Shown here piece after piece: positions 37,438-52,767 of a stretch of 64,000 nt of DNA. The notes beneath the pieces were generated by a model. It had not been told where the DNA came from. It did no database searches and saw only the letters and a list, made by a program, of their open reading frames with translations. Position 1 is the stretch's first letter. Each line of letters opens with the position of its first letter. Source of the DNA: Selaginella moellendorffii (taxonomy: Eukaryota > Plantae > Lycopodiophyta); NCBI RefSeq assembly GCF_000143415.4, contig NW_003314295.1, positions 871,038 through 935,037 on the forward strand, read 5' to 3'. Made by a program: the position numbers and the translations under genes.

Positions 37438-37810
37438 TAACACAAACTATGCCCCTCAAAACATCCTATACATTTAAGTGGTAGTCTTTCTAATACCTTA
37501 ATTATAGTGAATCCAGACTCCCTCCTCTCAAATTTAGGTTGAAGTTACGTTTTTGCACTCTAACAAGTTAGTTTGATGTAGCCTCTAACACAAGTTATGC
37601 CCCTCAAAACATCCCAAACATTTAAGTGGTGGTACTTCGAGTACTTTAATCATAGTGAATCTAGGCTTGCTCCTCTTGGATCTAGGTTGAAGTTATGTTT
37701 TTGCACTCTAACAAACTAGTCTGATGCAGCCTCTAACACAAGCTATGCCCCTCAAAACATCCTATACATCTAAATGGCAGTGCTTAGAGAACCTTAATCA
37801 TTGTGAATTC
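37438..37810 (+). repeat. 148-bp tandem repeat, ~2.5 copies
   Basis: TAACACAARYTATGCCCCTCAAAACATCC at 37438, 37586 and 37734. Confidence 0.85.
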
Positions 37811-40800
37811 ACAACCAAGGCAAGAAAGGAATCAACTAACACAACTATACTATACAAACTAGGACTTTGGTGTGTTGTTGAAAAGTGTTCCATTGCTAAT
37901 TGAAATTAGATATCCAATTAAAAGGTATGGAAGTGCTACCATAAGATGAAGGACCTAATCATGGTAAAGAATAGTGTCCTTTGTATATAATCTTGAGCAG
38001 CCGTAATAGCATATATCCCCTCCTTAAGTGAAGTTTAGCTCTCTAGACCCCAAGTGAATAAAGAAGGAAAAAACCATGCCAATGAAGTTTGGTATAACTG
38101 GCATCCTTGGAAGAAGTCTTAACAACCATGGACCCAAAAACCCCAAACTTGTTCTGAACTTCAAACATTTGGATCTCACTTGTGAATTATTTATGAATGT
38201 TTGTTAATGTGTATTCCTTAGGTAGCTTCCCACTGTTATGATCAGCAAAAAGATACCTATCTTAGTTGCCACTACAATCTTTAAGTCATCCATACCCTAG
38301 TTGCCATGAAAAGAAATCAAAGAAACTTCAAATGGGGAACTTATAATGATTAAAAATAATACTCTCTTGATGCTATTCTTATTCTAGATCAAGCTTAGAA
38401 GTTGACTCTTAATGCACTCCTCTTCTCACTAAACTTAGGGTTTTCATTTAGACTGAGTTTAGATTGGATATACCGGACCAACATCTCTAGCACTTAATAT
38501 ATCCAGAATTTGAGATGTTTGGGGTTGATTTATCCAAATCCAAACACTAATATATATCATGGGGTGAAAGCTTAAATATAGTATATTTAACTTTAAAGTC
38601 AAACTCTAAACCCACTATGTTACAAAATGAAGGTTTGGTACACATTTAAAATCCCTTAAGAGCACTAATTCTCTATATTTAACTTCTATACATAAAATTG
38701 TGTCAAATGAAGTTTAGCACAATTTCAGCATACCAGTGGTTTATTGCAAGGAGGTGGGTACTCCACCGACTAAAGCAATATGGAACTTGGGTTAAACCCG
38801 AATAAGATGCAAAAAAAAGGAGTGACATAATGTAATAAAAACCAAAATAATGTTTTAAGTAGTTAGTATGTTTCCAACCACTATTTCTACTATACATTTA
38901 GAGCTCACCCCCCAAATGTGAAAGCTCGGTTTGGGCTTTCACTCAAATGTTTAGAATTAATCTCTAGGACAAGTTTGGAGTAGCATTAGATTATAAATTG
39001 GAATGTAGGACTAATATTATAGTGCTTAAGACACTCTCTACATTCTGTAAATATGCCTCATTAGCATATCTAGACACTTACGATAAATAGCACATAGGAC
39101 TAAAATGGAACTAACACATTAGGCATGATAGTAAGAGTGTCTAGTGGACATGATAAGTTATCATATAGGAATATTAAAGGATTAGGCTCAATATCATGGG
39201 GTGATATCAATATCTGAACACTATTAAATACAAATTAGCAACATAAATTTCTCATTATTGTGTCAAATATGCATAACAACTTAATATTTCCTTTTTTAGT
39301 GCCCTTCCAATCTAAGTGCACATATGCTAGCCAGTTTTTTATCAACTAACTTGAGGAAAGATTAACAAAGGGAACTAATATTACCAATCTCTTGTTGTTA
39401 TAGCAGTAAAAAAAGAATGTCTAAAAAGATTAATCAACAAGTATCATTTGATACCCAAAGTCACATTTATTATACACTCCCCCCTTTGGGAAGATTAACT
39501 TCCTCGTTGGTGCATACCCTAATCTAATAAACTCTTAAGAAAATAACTCTAAAAGTTAATGGAATGCACATTTTATAGAAAATACATTAACTTAAATGAG
39601 TGGGGAATGACCTCTCCTTTATATCAAAAGACACTAACACCCTTCAACTGTCACTGACAAAGAAATGATTAATAGAATTAACCACCCTTGCTACTCCAAA
39701 TATCACTTAACTTATAAAGAAATGATACAACTCTACCCATAAGGATATACAAAGCCCAACTCCCTTGAGCATAAATCAACCTTTAAAATTGGTATATGAA
39801 GTTGTTTAAACAACTATGCCTCTTTTCATTTTAAAAAATTGGTCAACGAGATAAAAACATGTGTAAACTCCTGAATTTAGACTTCTTGGCACCCAATTTA
39901 GTACTATTCAAACCCAAGGACACTTTTAACCCCAAATATCCCAAGACCCTTAACTAATTGAAAAAGAAGATGCACTCTTATTCATGGGCCCTTTCCTTCT
40001 ATATTTGAACCTATATAGATCGTCTCTTGAGTTGTTCCCTTTGGTTATTTATAATATAGACTTGTGATCAGTTGATAATAGTTATCCTCATGGTTATGGA
40101 TTAAACCCATGTACTCAGCCTACCAAAACTGACCCAAAAAAAAGGAATAAAAGAAATATTAGATTACAAAAATTGAATATTTTATTGAGTTGCAAGACTT
40201 ATTATAAAGAATTACAAAAACTACATTTTATTATGTGCTTCATACTTTACAATAACCATATGGGCATATATAAGAATTCGAAGAGGCTCCTAAGTTGATT
40301 CATAAAAATGGGTAACTTTTCCATTTAACTAAATACTCTTTCGTAAGACCACTATATGCCTTGTAATATAATAGGATTGCCTCAACCTCATTCTCAAGTT
40401 GACAATATTTGGAGCAGGATTAGAGCAGTCAAAATCCTCATGATATAGGGCTAGTAAACTAATATAAAATACATCATAAAGACTTAACATCTTTTTTGGA
40501 AGATCCAACTAATAAGATATATAAATAATGTGCTTTAGCACCTAATAGGGCTCAACATATTTTGGTAATAATATTCAAATTTTATAAGGAGTGCTACATT
40601 GGTCCTTTACTTGATAGTTTATATCCTGATAGTACTGATCGGTATCACATTGATATCTATCCTAAGCTTTTCCTTATGAAAATAGCTAGATGCTAGGAAT
40701 AGTCTGATCCTTAGAATATTCCCTCTCTTTGTATAAAGTTGCACTTCAGCTTGAGAGAAGTAGGGACTGGCATTTGCATGAGCACATAAGTATAAGAGTA

Positions 40801-40829
40801 AGAGAGGCAGAGGCTAGAGCCCTAACAAT

Positions 40830-43800
40830 TGGCGACTCCACTGGGGATGAGTGGACTCCTAGCCCATTCATCCCCAAGATCTTGGTTCTTGACTTAGTTT
40901 CTCTTGTTCTTGTGGATTCTTGTTTTAAATTGATTTTTCTCAATCTTTTCTTATTAGGGACTTTTCTCATTCTTTCCTATTAGGGATTTTCTCAGTCCCT
41001 AATAATTGAGTAGGAGCATGGCGTATCTTGGGAGGTGTGGATGGATTTGCCATAGCTTCTACTTGAGCCCCCTTTACATTGAGTTTAGTTTTCTAGTATT
41101 TTGGGTTGTGTTTTTACAACCCAAAATAATAGTTGAGTAGGAGCATGGTGTATCTTGGGAGGTGTGGATGGATTTGCCATAGCTTCTACTTGAGCCCCCT
41201 TTACATTGAGTTTAGTTTTCTAGTATTCTGGGTTGTGTTTTTACAACCCAAAATCTTGAGTGCGATAGCAACCCTTTTTAGAATCTGAGACTGTGGGCAC
41301 ATAGATCAAGACCAAGACCAAGACTTTCCAATGGTATGCAGCACAGCTGGAAACTCACATAGAGGCGCAACATGCAAGCTCTCCACACTCGCTACCCTAT
41401 TTTGCCTTGAAGAAGAAGAAAATATAGATGCGCATGATATAGCAATCTTTCTTTCATTCTGACTTCTTAGGCAGTTAGATATGAGCTGGGCGCACACTAA
41501 GATCATGGCAATTGGAAGAATTGTGAGGCAAATGAATAGCAACAAGAAAAAAAACCTTCATCATACTCTTTTTCTAGTAAACCTGATGAGAATTCGGCCT
41601 CATTTGGTGGAGAGAATTTTCTTGTTTTTCTTTATGTCTTCTTTGTCATGGTTTTCTTTTAATGTCCTTTTATTGTGTTTCTAGCATCCAAAAATCTTGA
41701 TATTTCTTGCATTGGATATCATTTTATCTCTAGTTTCTATTGAGGTGTGGCAAGCTTGATTTGGTTTTGATTTGAGCTAGAACAAAGCATTTTAATATTG
41801 CCTTTTGTGGTGAGTGAGAGTTATTCATGGTTTTGAGAGTAAAGTGTGAGGCTTTTTCCATTTTTCATTGTCTAGACATGGAGACCATTGTTGTAGCTTT
41901 CTTTTAAGTCCAAAATTAACCCATTTGATCATAAATTTCATGCATATAAGTCTTTTCTATTTGTCTTGTGTGTCAAGGTTAAGTTGAGTGGCATTTCCAT
42001 ATAGTTGGAGAGATTTTCTTCTAGTTTTCCTTGCTTGAGAGTCAAGAGTATTTCCCTAGCCATTGATAGAGCCAATCTAAAGGTAAATTTGATGTCTACA
42101 TCAAGAGTTCTTTGTCAAATTCCTAACAATAGTTCTTCCCACTCATTCCACAATCGGACATTTGTAAAGAGTTCAGCTAGTTTGGGCCCAATTCTCTCAC
42201 TGAAGTGCTGTTCTTAAACCTCATATTGGGCCTTGCCCTTGTGGAAAGTTTATTGAGCTTTACTACAAGCCAGATTACTACATTGTAATCTTGACAAGCA
42301 AGTTCTCCTCATCTAACATAGATACTAACATAGGGAATTTGCATCAAGAGGCTTTCCTAGCTTGACTTGTTCCAAATAGGGCTCGGACCTTCTACTTGGA
42401 GTTCTATACCATCAACAGTAGCAAAAAATCAAAAGAAATGGCAAAATCTTTATCGTCACCACCTCCATTGCCATTTGCACACACCATCCATGTTTTATAA
42501 TGAGGAATGGAGTTTCCCTTCTTTGAGCCAGGGGTGGAGACCTCAACAAATGACTACATAATTGCATTCTCATCATATTGCTTTAGCAACTATATCCTAA
42601 ATGACTTTGGTAAGCTTGAAGTGTTCTCCTAATCCATGCATGGCCAAACACAACACTAGGTGTTAGCATTGGAGCCAGAAGAGAAGCAAGACTTCAAATC
42701 ATTACTCACATCCTTTTGGAGCATGTTCTCTCATAAGATCACAATAACTTGTGTAGGATCTTTTAGGTTCTAGCAAGGCGTGAATGAATCACTTTTTAAT
42801 TACACCACTCAATTCAAAGCTTTTTGGAAGATTTTCTTGGATTAAAAGGCCACACAGGAGGAGGCAATTGTTGTCTAAATGAGTTGCAGTGAAAAGTGGA
42901 AAAGTGGCAAAGAGACGACACAAAAAATGTCAAGATGTATATGTTTATGTTGTTAAGCTTGAGATAGAGATGTTTTAAGAGCTAGGGGTTTCTTTCACTA
43001 AGGAGCTCGTCCAAGGCCCTCTAGCAGAGTGTCCTTGTGCTACTGCTTGCACCATCACGCCATAGCAAATTGTCCAACCAAAACTTGAGTAGATGCTTGC
43101 AGTAGTGGAAGTTACACTTGTTGAGTTCAAAGAGTACAAGACTCTTCTCCAACAGCAGCAAGAACAACAACTCAAGCTTACAGAGGAGATCTATACTCTG
43201 AGACTTTTGGCAGAGACACGTCCTCCTCGTCATCCACACTGGTGTGATGAATGCCACTTGAACACTCACGATATAGCATGCTGTTGGCGTCTCCACCTGG
43301 AGCTGTATCTTCTTTGACAGCAGCTCATCCAAAGGCAGCCTTTTGCAGATCACTCTACCCTAGCACCATCATCATTGGGAAGTTACCATGAGATTCTCTT
43401 GTAAAGAGCTATTGAAGTAGCACCATCAATATCTAGTGATCGGGGAAAAGCTCTGGCTCATATAAATGTGATCAAGACTTTTGAGGAAGCAGCCCAAGCA
43501 TAATAGCAGCAGGTTGCAGCAATAACACGGACTCAGAAGAAGGCCACAGCTGCCAAAGGCTTAGACAGCAAGGTAGAACAAAATGCCACCAACTCAACTC
43601 CAACAACACTCACAGCATGCAAGCTGCTATTTACTCTAGTTTTTCTGCTTGATACTGGGCACTAGAATGTCTTCCTGGACCAGCTATTTGCACCAGGAGA
43701 TGCAACAAAAAACTCTAGTACTTGCTCAACACACAAATCTCCCTCTCACTTAGTAATCTTTTGCGAGCAATTCCAGAAGTCAAGTAGTGATTGGAGGCAA

Positions 43801-44250
43801 TGGCCAGAGCTTTCAGCCCAGCTCTTTCTCCCACTCTACTAACACATCTAGTCCAGGCCATGAGCACAAATGCATCCTCAAATCCTAGAGCATTCATTAT
43901 CCCAACAAAAGTGGCAGGAATGGAATTCTACTATCAATGCTTTGGCCAATTCAAGATCAAGCACCAACATTATCCCCTTGGAGCTTGTCCAACATACTTG
44001 CCTTGACATCTTCCCACACTCCTCAGTCTTGCTCAAAACGTTTGTAAATCATACAATTCATCCAGTTGGAATCTTCTACAACATTTCTATTTCTACACAT
44101 GATGTCACAACAAATGTGAATCTCATTATTGTCGACTACTCCACTCTTGGAGCCCCCTCTTTCAATGAGTCTCTGATCCTTGGCTGGCTATAGCATGCAG
44201 CAACAAATTGTCACACGGCATGGAGAGCAGGATACATGACAATTGGTGAA
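40830..44250 (+). mobile_element. Decayed Tat/Ogre-like Ty3/gypsy remnant (PBS, gag, protease)
   Basis: LTR-like end ...CCCTAACA at 40827, PBS TGGCGACTCCACTGGGGA (tRNA-Arg type), zinc knuckle CDECHLNTHDIAC (~43240-43285), eroded protease (SSTNIIP...LILG, ~43940-44190). Confidence 0.65.
41006..41254 (+). repeat. 127-bp tandem duplication
   Basis: TTGAGTAGGAGCATGG...ACAACCCAAAAT at 41006 and 41133, near-identical. Confidence 0.9.
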
Positions 44251-46749
44251 GAAGACAACATGTGCATGATTCCCACTAACAACAGCCAGTCCCCATAGGG
44301 AACTTTATGTGAGCCTTCCATCAATAGGGCTGCACAAGTAGTTGAGGAGCATCTAGATCCTATGGTGCACAAGGAAAGTGTGCTATGGGAAGTTTACTGC
44401 CACATGGTCACTCTAGCTTCACTTGACTGGAATCTACTACCATGGGACCTTCCTTCAGCTCAGTGGACACTCCAGAACCTCCTTACAAATCATGGACACT
44501 ACACACAAGAGTCTCCAATAATGTTGGAGCAGATGTCTAAGAATGGTAACAATATGTTTCCAATGGACAAGATCAATAGTTCGGCCTCTTCACTAGCATT
44601 CTAGGCTGCCTAGGATGATATGACTCTCCCTACAGTCACTTTGGAACATATGGAGAAGGAGCTGCACACTAGTTTATGTGGAGACAAGCTTCATGACAAT
44701 AACAATGACACATTTGACACTAGAGTTTCTCTTGGAGTAGATTCTAATGATATAACAAAGAAGGAGCATAATCCTCACATGGGATTAACTCCAGCGACAC
44801 TATTCCTTTTGGTGGGAGAGTAGATCCAGTTGCATCCCATGAATACCCGATCATGTCACTTGTAGCACTAATGGAGACCACGGCCTTGCGGAGCAGTGCA
44901 AGCTCCCTTTCTGGGACATATATCCACCAAACTGTCTCTGATTGTGTACTAACTTGTCCTTTACAGGAACTATTCACAAATCCATGTACTTTACCATGGA
45001 TCTCTGCAAGCTTGATGGGCAATGATATTGCAGTTACTCTAGGTAACATTTTGACTCCTAATATTTTTCCTCATCAGAAAGGCTTCTCTCCAATCAATCT
45101 AAGACACTCACAAAAGCTTTTCAACATGGCACATGCAAGCTATACAACAAAACCTAACGTTTCTGACAAAGTTGGCAACTCTTTTTCTGGAATTTGACCA
45201 TTCAGGAGTTTTTTCATGGCCTTCCCAACACTAGAGGCCACTCTCTTCAGCTTCCAGCTGCCAGAAAACACCTTAGAGTCATCATTTCACATTAACAACA
45301 CTGTTTCAACAAAGCACAACACTCGGGCTTTTTTCCATCTTTGGCTCTGGTTTCCAGCACCAACTCTCAAAGCATGATTGAGCCTTTGGACTTGCCTTCT
45401 AGGCCATAGAGGTCCTACCTTCACACACAGGAGCTTGCAATTTCATTCACGGATATTGACACTTTGTAAGGCTGCTAGATTTCTCCCAACAATTAAAGCG
45501 AGTTTCTTTCCTTTGACAACATCACTTCTCTGCCTCCAGGAGTAGCACATAGGAAGCCAAGGCACTCCAAATCTTGCAACTGCATCATTCATGTATTTAG
45601 GTTCTCTTAACACTATGAACTTTGCATCAACATGCCTAAGTTGAGTATGAGTTCTAGTGGTGTTCAGGGCACTCTACAGGAGACTCTCTCCACCCTCCAA
45701 AGGTGTGCTCTATCATAGCCACACTTAGTGGGAGCTGACAACACTGTGTTCTTTGCTAGTGGTGATTTCTTTTTTACTTTTTCTTTGTTTTCCTTTTTTT
45801 TGTTTTTTTGCTTTCTTTGACTTTTCCCTTTTCAGGGCAAGGCTCTCTCATGCAACAAGTTCTAGCTTGGGCTTTGGTCATGAGGTGGCATCAATCTCAA
45901 TTATGTGAGAGGTTGTTGCATTTTCTCAGCTCTATCTCCATTGGTTTCCAGGTTCTTTCATTCCCTTCAATCTACACCCACTCTAATCCATTTTCATTCA
46001 ATCAAAGTTATAACATCATTTCTCAATTGCATCCTATACCATAGCCTATATTGCAATTTAGATACTTGAACAAAAATCATTCCATTTTCCTCCATTTGCC
46101 ATCATTTTTTTATTAGACATCTTTACATCACTTCATGAAGGCCATCCTAAGCTATTAGCAGCAATAGCAATTACAAGATTTGGATGAGCAAATCAAAAGT
46201 TTCAATTGAGACTTCCTTCCATTGCATTGTACCAGAATCCATGGGGCTATAAAGGGTTTCAAATGTAGTAGGGATAGTGGTTGGAATGCATAGCTGACCA
46301 TCTGAAACATTAGTTTGGCTTCCACTAAGTTGTGTCATTCTTTTTTCTACATTTGGTTTAGGTTTAAACCCAAACTCCACACTACTCTAGTTGGTGGGGT
46401 ACCTTCCTCCTCATATTAGGCCACTGGTATGATAAAATCATGCTAAACACTATTTTGCATGAAGATACTAGATATGGGGAATTGGTGCTTGCAGGATTTA
46501 AAGTGTACTGAATCCTCATTTTATAGTGCAATGGGATTTTTGGAGTTTAGCTTTAAATTTAAGTGCAATACATTTGGTATTAGAGGAATTATTTTAGCGA
46601 TTCCTATCCAATTGCCAGAATTTCTAACTCAAATTGCATATGCAAAAAAATTTCTATTAGATCCAAAGTGACCTATGGATTACACAATTTGGTAAGAACA
46701 TTGCATACATGTTTAATTATTGATAAAGACATGTATGTAACTAGCGAGA

Positions 46750-49700
46750 TGGTGAAATGAACCATATTGATGACACTAAAACATCTAGATAAACAAATCA
46801 AGAGGAGGAAACTCTTGTTGGAGATACTATAAAAAAGGTTGAGGCTAAGTCAAAAGAGGTAGAGCTTAATGCTATAACACTGCAGTGTATAACTCAAGAA
46901 ATTGAGATAAAGAATTTGTGAAAGGAAGTTCGCAATTTAAAGAAAAAAAACAAAAAGAGGAAGAAAGAAGCTGAGGCAACTAAACTAATAAAACTTAAGC
47001 AACTAAACTCTTCTTCAAGTTCTAAAGATGATGAAGTTTTGCAACTACCCTCAGTTTCACAAGTTTTAAAGTTCAGGCCCTCAAAACCACCCAATTTTAA
47101 AGGCATGTAGGACCATCAGGTTTTGGAAGACTAGATCTACAATATGGAAAACTATTTCATAGTAGCAAATATAGTGTAAGCCACAAATTTTCCTTTCCAA
47201 TTTGCCAGCTTACCTCGCCTATCCGACCAACACTGCCTTGGCTTGTGCTAAGTTCCCTTGCCAAGGTTCTCGCCTATTGTACCAGCTCCTACTTGGTCCT
47301 ACTTGGTTTCAGCTACTCACTGCACGAGCAACGGAGTGTTAGCTATCCATCTACGGATATCCCAAATCTCTCTCAATCCCCCTCCCCGGGTTAGACTGGA
47401 CTTAAGGTTCGGCTACACTCCCCGCAGGCACAAGCAGCCAAGCACACTAAGCCTCCAGGCTCCTAACACCCCTTGGTACAACAAGACTTGATCATGGGAC
47501 CCTTTAAATCCCAAGCCTTGGGTGCAACACTTGCTTCGGGACGTCGGGGCGAAACACCGTGGCCTAACGACCCGGTATGGGTACCTCTACCCCCCCACTT
47601 CCATCCCGAAGGGAGGGTCCAAGCCCCTAGGAAGGGCGAGGACCAATGAGCCGCATGGTACTCAAGTGGGGCACCACTCCACCTGAGCCGGGAGCACCAC
47701 AATCAGTTTCCTTTTCGGGAGTGGGAGCTGCTCTTGAGCACTTCCTTGGATGGCCCCTCCGGCACCAACCAAGTCCATACTCACTCCCACCCAAGGCCCC
47801 TCGGTCCCAGTCTCAACCTCAAGTCGGTTTGGAAGCCCCACTGGAGAGTCCCTTCAAAACTGGTTCCTAGACCTCACTATCCTTACTATACTTTTGGAAC
47901 CTTGCAGCCCCCCCCCCCCCCCCCCCTCTGGGAGACGCATGCTTTGGGCTTTCACCCCTTGACCCGTATTAGTATTTGGACTTAGTCTCTGGCTCAATCT
48001 CGGACTCGATTTCGGATCCGACTTCGGATTTGGTCTCGGACTTGATCTCGAACTCGATCTCAGACCCGATCTTGGACCCGACCTCGGACTCGACCTCAGA
48101 CTCGATCTCGGACCCAATTTCGGATCTCGGACTTCGTCTCGAGCTCGGTCTCGAACTCGGTCTCGAACTCGGTCCCCGAGTCGGCCTTGGACTCAATTCC
48201 GGACTCTATCTCGAACTCGGTCTCCGAGTCGATTTTGGACTCGATCTTCGACTTGGTCCCATCCGATGAACTCTTTGTCATTTTAGTCATGCTTTCGGGG
48301 TTCCTTTAGCCTACGACACCTCGGCGAGTTGGTTCCTTACATATAGATGATTGTATAAAAGTTGTGTGTGTAAAGTCCTTTCTCACTGATTATACTAAAA
48401 CTTGGTGGTGTTAGGTGTGTGCTGAAAAAGAGCAAATTAAAAGTTGGACTAAAATGCAATCTTGTATCCGTAAAGAATATTTGTCGAATAATCTTGGTCT
48501 AAGACTTCATGTGGAGCTGTGGTAGTTAAAGCAATGGGGGGACCTTATGCATCACGTTAATGCATTTACTTAGAAGCATATTATAATTGCAAATATGAGT
48601 GATAAAGATGCTTAAAGTTATATCCTAGAACATTTGAGTTCACTTTCTCACCATGAAATTTTGAAGTTTAAGCCAAAGACATACTTGGAATGTAAGGAGG
48701 CAACATAGCAAGTTTCCTTTAATCACTTGCTTATGGAACAATACTAACAAGCATATATTAGTACCTCAAACAAGAATAAAAACTTTAGGTATAAATAAAA
48801 TGATTGGAAATAGAGGGTGGAAGAAAGGTTTCACCTTAGAAGTTCACAAGCAATTATTAACAAAAGTAGTGGTTGATGATCAATAGCTTCTTCTAATCCT
48901 AAGCCCTTTATTCCTCCTCTTGATAAGTACAAGTAATAGTAACTTGTGAAACCTGCCTCTAGTAGAATAGATAGTGTGGGTCATTACTTCTATTGTGGAG
49001 AGGTAAGATATAAGTCCTTAGAATGTCTCAATAAACATAAGACAAAGTCTCGTATTAATGTGATGAGGAAAGATGGTGATGGCAAATCTAAAGGGGTTGA
49101 CAAGTTAGTCAATGCAAATTATGAGGAAGAGGAGGTGAGCTACTTTCCTCAAACATTTCTTGCAATTAATGCAAACACATATTTGGTAGGCTTTGTCTGC
49201 AAACACTGAATCCGAGTGATGATTGATATAGGAGTTATGCACAACGTGATATCTAAAGATTTAGTAAAACTGTTAAGATTGAAAGCTAAACAGATGTCAC
49301 CCATATACTTCCAATTTGCAGAAAGTGGGCAAGTAGCTAGAAAATTTGTTAATAACATTCTAATAAAAATATCTAAGTGGTTGGACTTTGTAGTGTTGAA
49401 GATACTAGATTTTTAGATGGTGTTTGGTATAGATTTTTTAAAAAATATACCAAAAGGATTTATAATGTTGGCTAAAATTGCATCACATTAAGGTTAGAAG
49501 GACATTCTAATATGTCCTTCCAGTTGCAAAAAATGCTCCTCAAAGGATTGGGATGCTAAATTCTTGATTGCAAGAGCTACTCAAAAAGCAACTAAAAGGG
49601 GATGTCAAACTTTTTGGGTTCAAATGATGGAATCTAATGGTGATGGTGATTCAATTCAAATTAGTGATAGAGTTGATCTTGTACCAAAAGAAATATTAGA

Positions 49701-51948
49701 GTTGTTGACATGGAATTAAGATATCTTTCCAAAGGATTTGCTACTAGGGCTACCTCCTAACCATGAGGTTGATCATTGGATTGATATTGTTTTAGGTTCT
49801 AAACCACTTACAAAGGCTCTATATCATTTGAACATCAAGGAGATAGTTGAACTTAAGAAAAAACTTATAGAGCTTCTTGACAAATGTCATATTTGACTAA
49901 GCAAGTCACTTTATGGAGCACTAGACCTTTTTATTATGAAAAAGGATGGTATCATAAGGATGTGTATTGATTATCGGACTCTTAACAAGATTATGTTAAA
50001 AAACAGTTATCTTGTTTAACCAACTCTTAAAGGCTTAGTATTTTATGCAACTTGATTTGCAATTTGGGTATCATCAAATACAGATGGTAGATCAAGATGT
50101 GGAGAAGACAACCTTTAAGACTCGGTATGGATCCTATGAGTTCCTCGTTATGTTGTTTGGGTTATATAATACCCCAGCTACTTTCAATATAATGATGAAT
50201 AGAATATTCGAAAATTATTTGGACACATTTGTTGTCCTTTATATCAATAATGTTCTAGTTTTCAGTGAAAAATTGGAGGAGCATTTGAAACACTTGGAGC
50301 TGGTGTTTCAAAAATTGCGTGAACACAAACTATATGCTAAAGAAAGTAAATGTGCTTTTGGACAATTTCATATTTTAGATAGTACAATTTATACGGATAG
50401 TAACACATAGAGCTACTTTGCTACATAGCTAAAACTTATACCAAAGTATGCTTGTTGGCAAAAGAAACTTGTTAGATTTGATATTAAAATCATTTATTAA
50501 ACCTGGTAAAGACAATATTATTCCGGATGCGTTGAGTTGTTAGGCTCAGTTCCAAGCAATATTAGCAATTAGTTTGGACTGGTTGGAGGATGTTCAAGCT
50601 TCATATAGGAGTGATTTATTAGTGAAGGCAATCTTTCACTATGGGGAGTTATCAAAGCAAAACCCTAATAATGAAGCATCTAAAATTGTTAGTTGTGCTA
50701 ATGCAAAATTTCACTTCTTAATTTGGGATGGGCTTATTTTCTATATGCAAGAAAAATTTTATTTTTCCTCCAAGGATCTACTATAGTTGTTTCTGCAGGA
50801 ATATCATGATGGTTATGGCACTTTGATGGTGGTTGTAGATCAATTGTTGAAGATTGCAAATCTCATTCCAACTATAGAAATAGCAAATGCAAAGTAAGCA
50901 GCAAAACTCTTTTTCCATAAAGTAGTACAGATTTGAGGTCTTCCCAAAGAGATGATCTTGAATAGAGATTTGATATTTATGGGGAAGTTTTAAGGCACAC
51001 TTTTCTAGTTATTCGGTACCAAATTGAAATTTAGTATAATTTATCATCCTCAAATTGATGGGTAAACCAAATGTGTGAATGCTTAAGTTGAGGATTATCT
51101 ATAGTACTATGTTGCAGTAGACCAATGTGACTGGGTTGAGTATTTGGATACAACACCTGGATTACTCTAAGATGATTGAGAGGCAATTGATACAAATCTC
51201 TTGTGGAAGCTACATTGGCTGTTAGAAAGCGTCAACAATCGTGAAAAATACAATAGCTACGAGCGCACGCGCGAACAAAAAAAAGGTGAGAAAAATGGCA
51301 ATATAATACCTATAACAACACATTTCACAACACTATTAGCTATTCTCCATAAAAGATGCTACAAAGGAATGCTTGTGGGGTTCCTTAATAGATTATTATA
51401 CCAAAACCAATGTCTAAAGTGTTAGTCTTAACCATTGAGACTTATATAGAGCAACTATACTAAGGTTCATCTAGAGCTATTGAGGTGATGAGCAAAGCTT
51501 AGGATAAGTATCAATGTGATAAGGATTAATTATATTCTATCAAGTGGTTGATTAGGTGTGGCTATCTTCCCGAAACTTGAATCTTAAGGGATTTTTGTCT
51601 CGAAAGCTGTTACCAAGATATATCAAGCCCTATCGGTATTGAAATGAGTTGGTGATGTATCCTATAAGTTGAATCTTTTGGATGAGTTAGTCCTATATAC
51701 ATGATGTGTTTCATGTCAGTTTACTAACACCATATCATGTTGCTACGGAATGCTTTATGAATATTCATCCTCCACCAATAGTCGTTGATGGTGAACTTGA
51801 GTATAAAGTTGAAGCTATTCTAGATAGTTGTTGGAACAAATGTTCTAAACGTCATGAATACCTTGTCAAGTGGCATGGCTACCCAACGTGTGAATCTACT
51901 TGGGAGCCTCTTAATAAAATCTTCCATATACCCATGGGCTTGTTATAA
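46750..51948 (+). mobile_element. Degenerate chromovirus-type Ty3/gypsy (gag-PR-RT-INT-chromodomain); boundaries approximate
   Basis: RT fragment FKTRYGSYEFLVMLFGL (50045-50410), integrase remnant, chromodomain EYKVEAILDS...YLVKWHGYPTCESTWEP (51706-51948). Confidence 0.85.
47175..48341 (-). mobile_element. Solo LTR (1167 bp) related to the LARD LTR, inserted in the chromovirus gag
   Basis: TG...CA ends, TSD TATAG (47170-47174 and 48342-48346); shares GGGTGAAAGCCCAAAGC...CCAAAAGTATAGTA core, GA-rich short-unit array and similar terminus. Confidence 0.88.
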
Positions 51949-52767
51949 AGTATAAGATTCATAATAAAAGCCAAATACCTTAGCTATCATGCCCCATACC
52001 AAATCATCCACTATATAATCAAAGGTGGTTAAGGAAAATATTTGCACAAGTCCTATAAGATTTTGATGAAGTGTTAACCACAATATACCTAATTTGATTT
52101 ACTCTAACATATTTAGCTTTGCATGAAGTAAAAGACTCCATAAGCCAAATTGAATAACTAACTTAGATAGCTTCTGATAAAGATGATGCACTTGCTAGAA
52201 AGCATCATCATAGTCATCAACATATCTAAATACATGCTTGAAAATGTTTGGGAGAAAACTCCAATCCATACTAGTGGTTGCACTTAAACTATTATACTAC
52301 TGCAATTCATCCCTTAAAGATATATGGGGAACTTATATAGATACCAAGTATTATCCCAAAAATGATAAGTGGCAATCATTATAAAATGATCAAACTAATG
52401 GTACATATCACTTCTAGGATTCCCTTGAAAGAAATCTGGTTAAATACAAAGATTAGTAGTTAGAGTAGGAGGAGCTACACCACATGCTGTCATAACTGAG
52501 TTTAATTAGCAAGTTGCCATTACATAGCATAGCCACTTTAAAGTCAAAGAAGGAGTATATTGTTTTACTATGAAAATAAAATAAAAAAACATGAAAAGCA
52601 AAAGAGAAAAATAGAGATCTAGACAATGTAAAAGCTAGATCTAAAAAAATAGTATAATCACTCTTCAAAGACAATCAAAGTTGCTTCTCACCTCCACCAG
52701 TATAAGTGTATAGAATATAGAAATTGAATACATAAATATTCATATTTGATTAGCTTAAAAACCCTAG

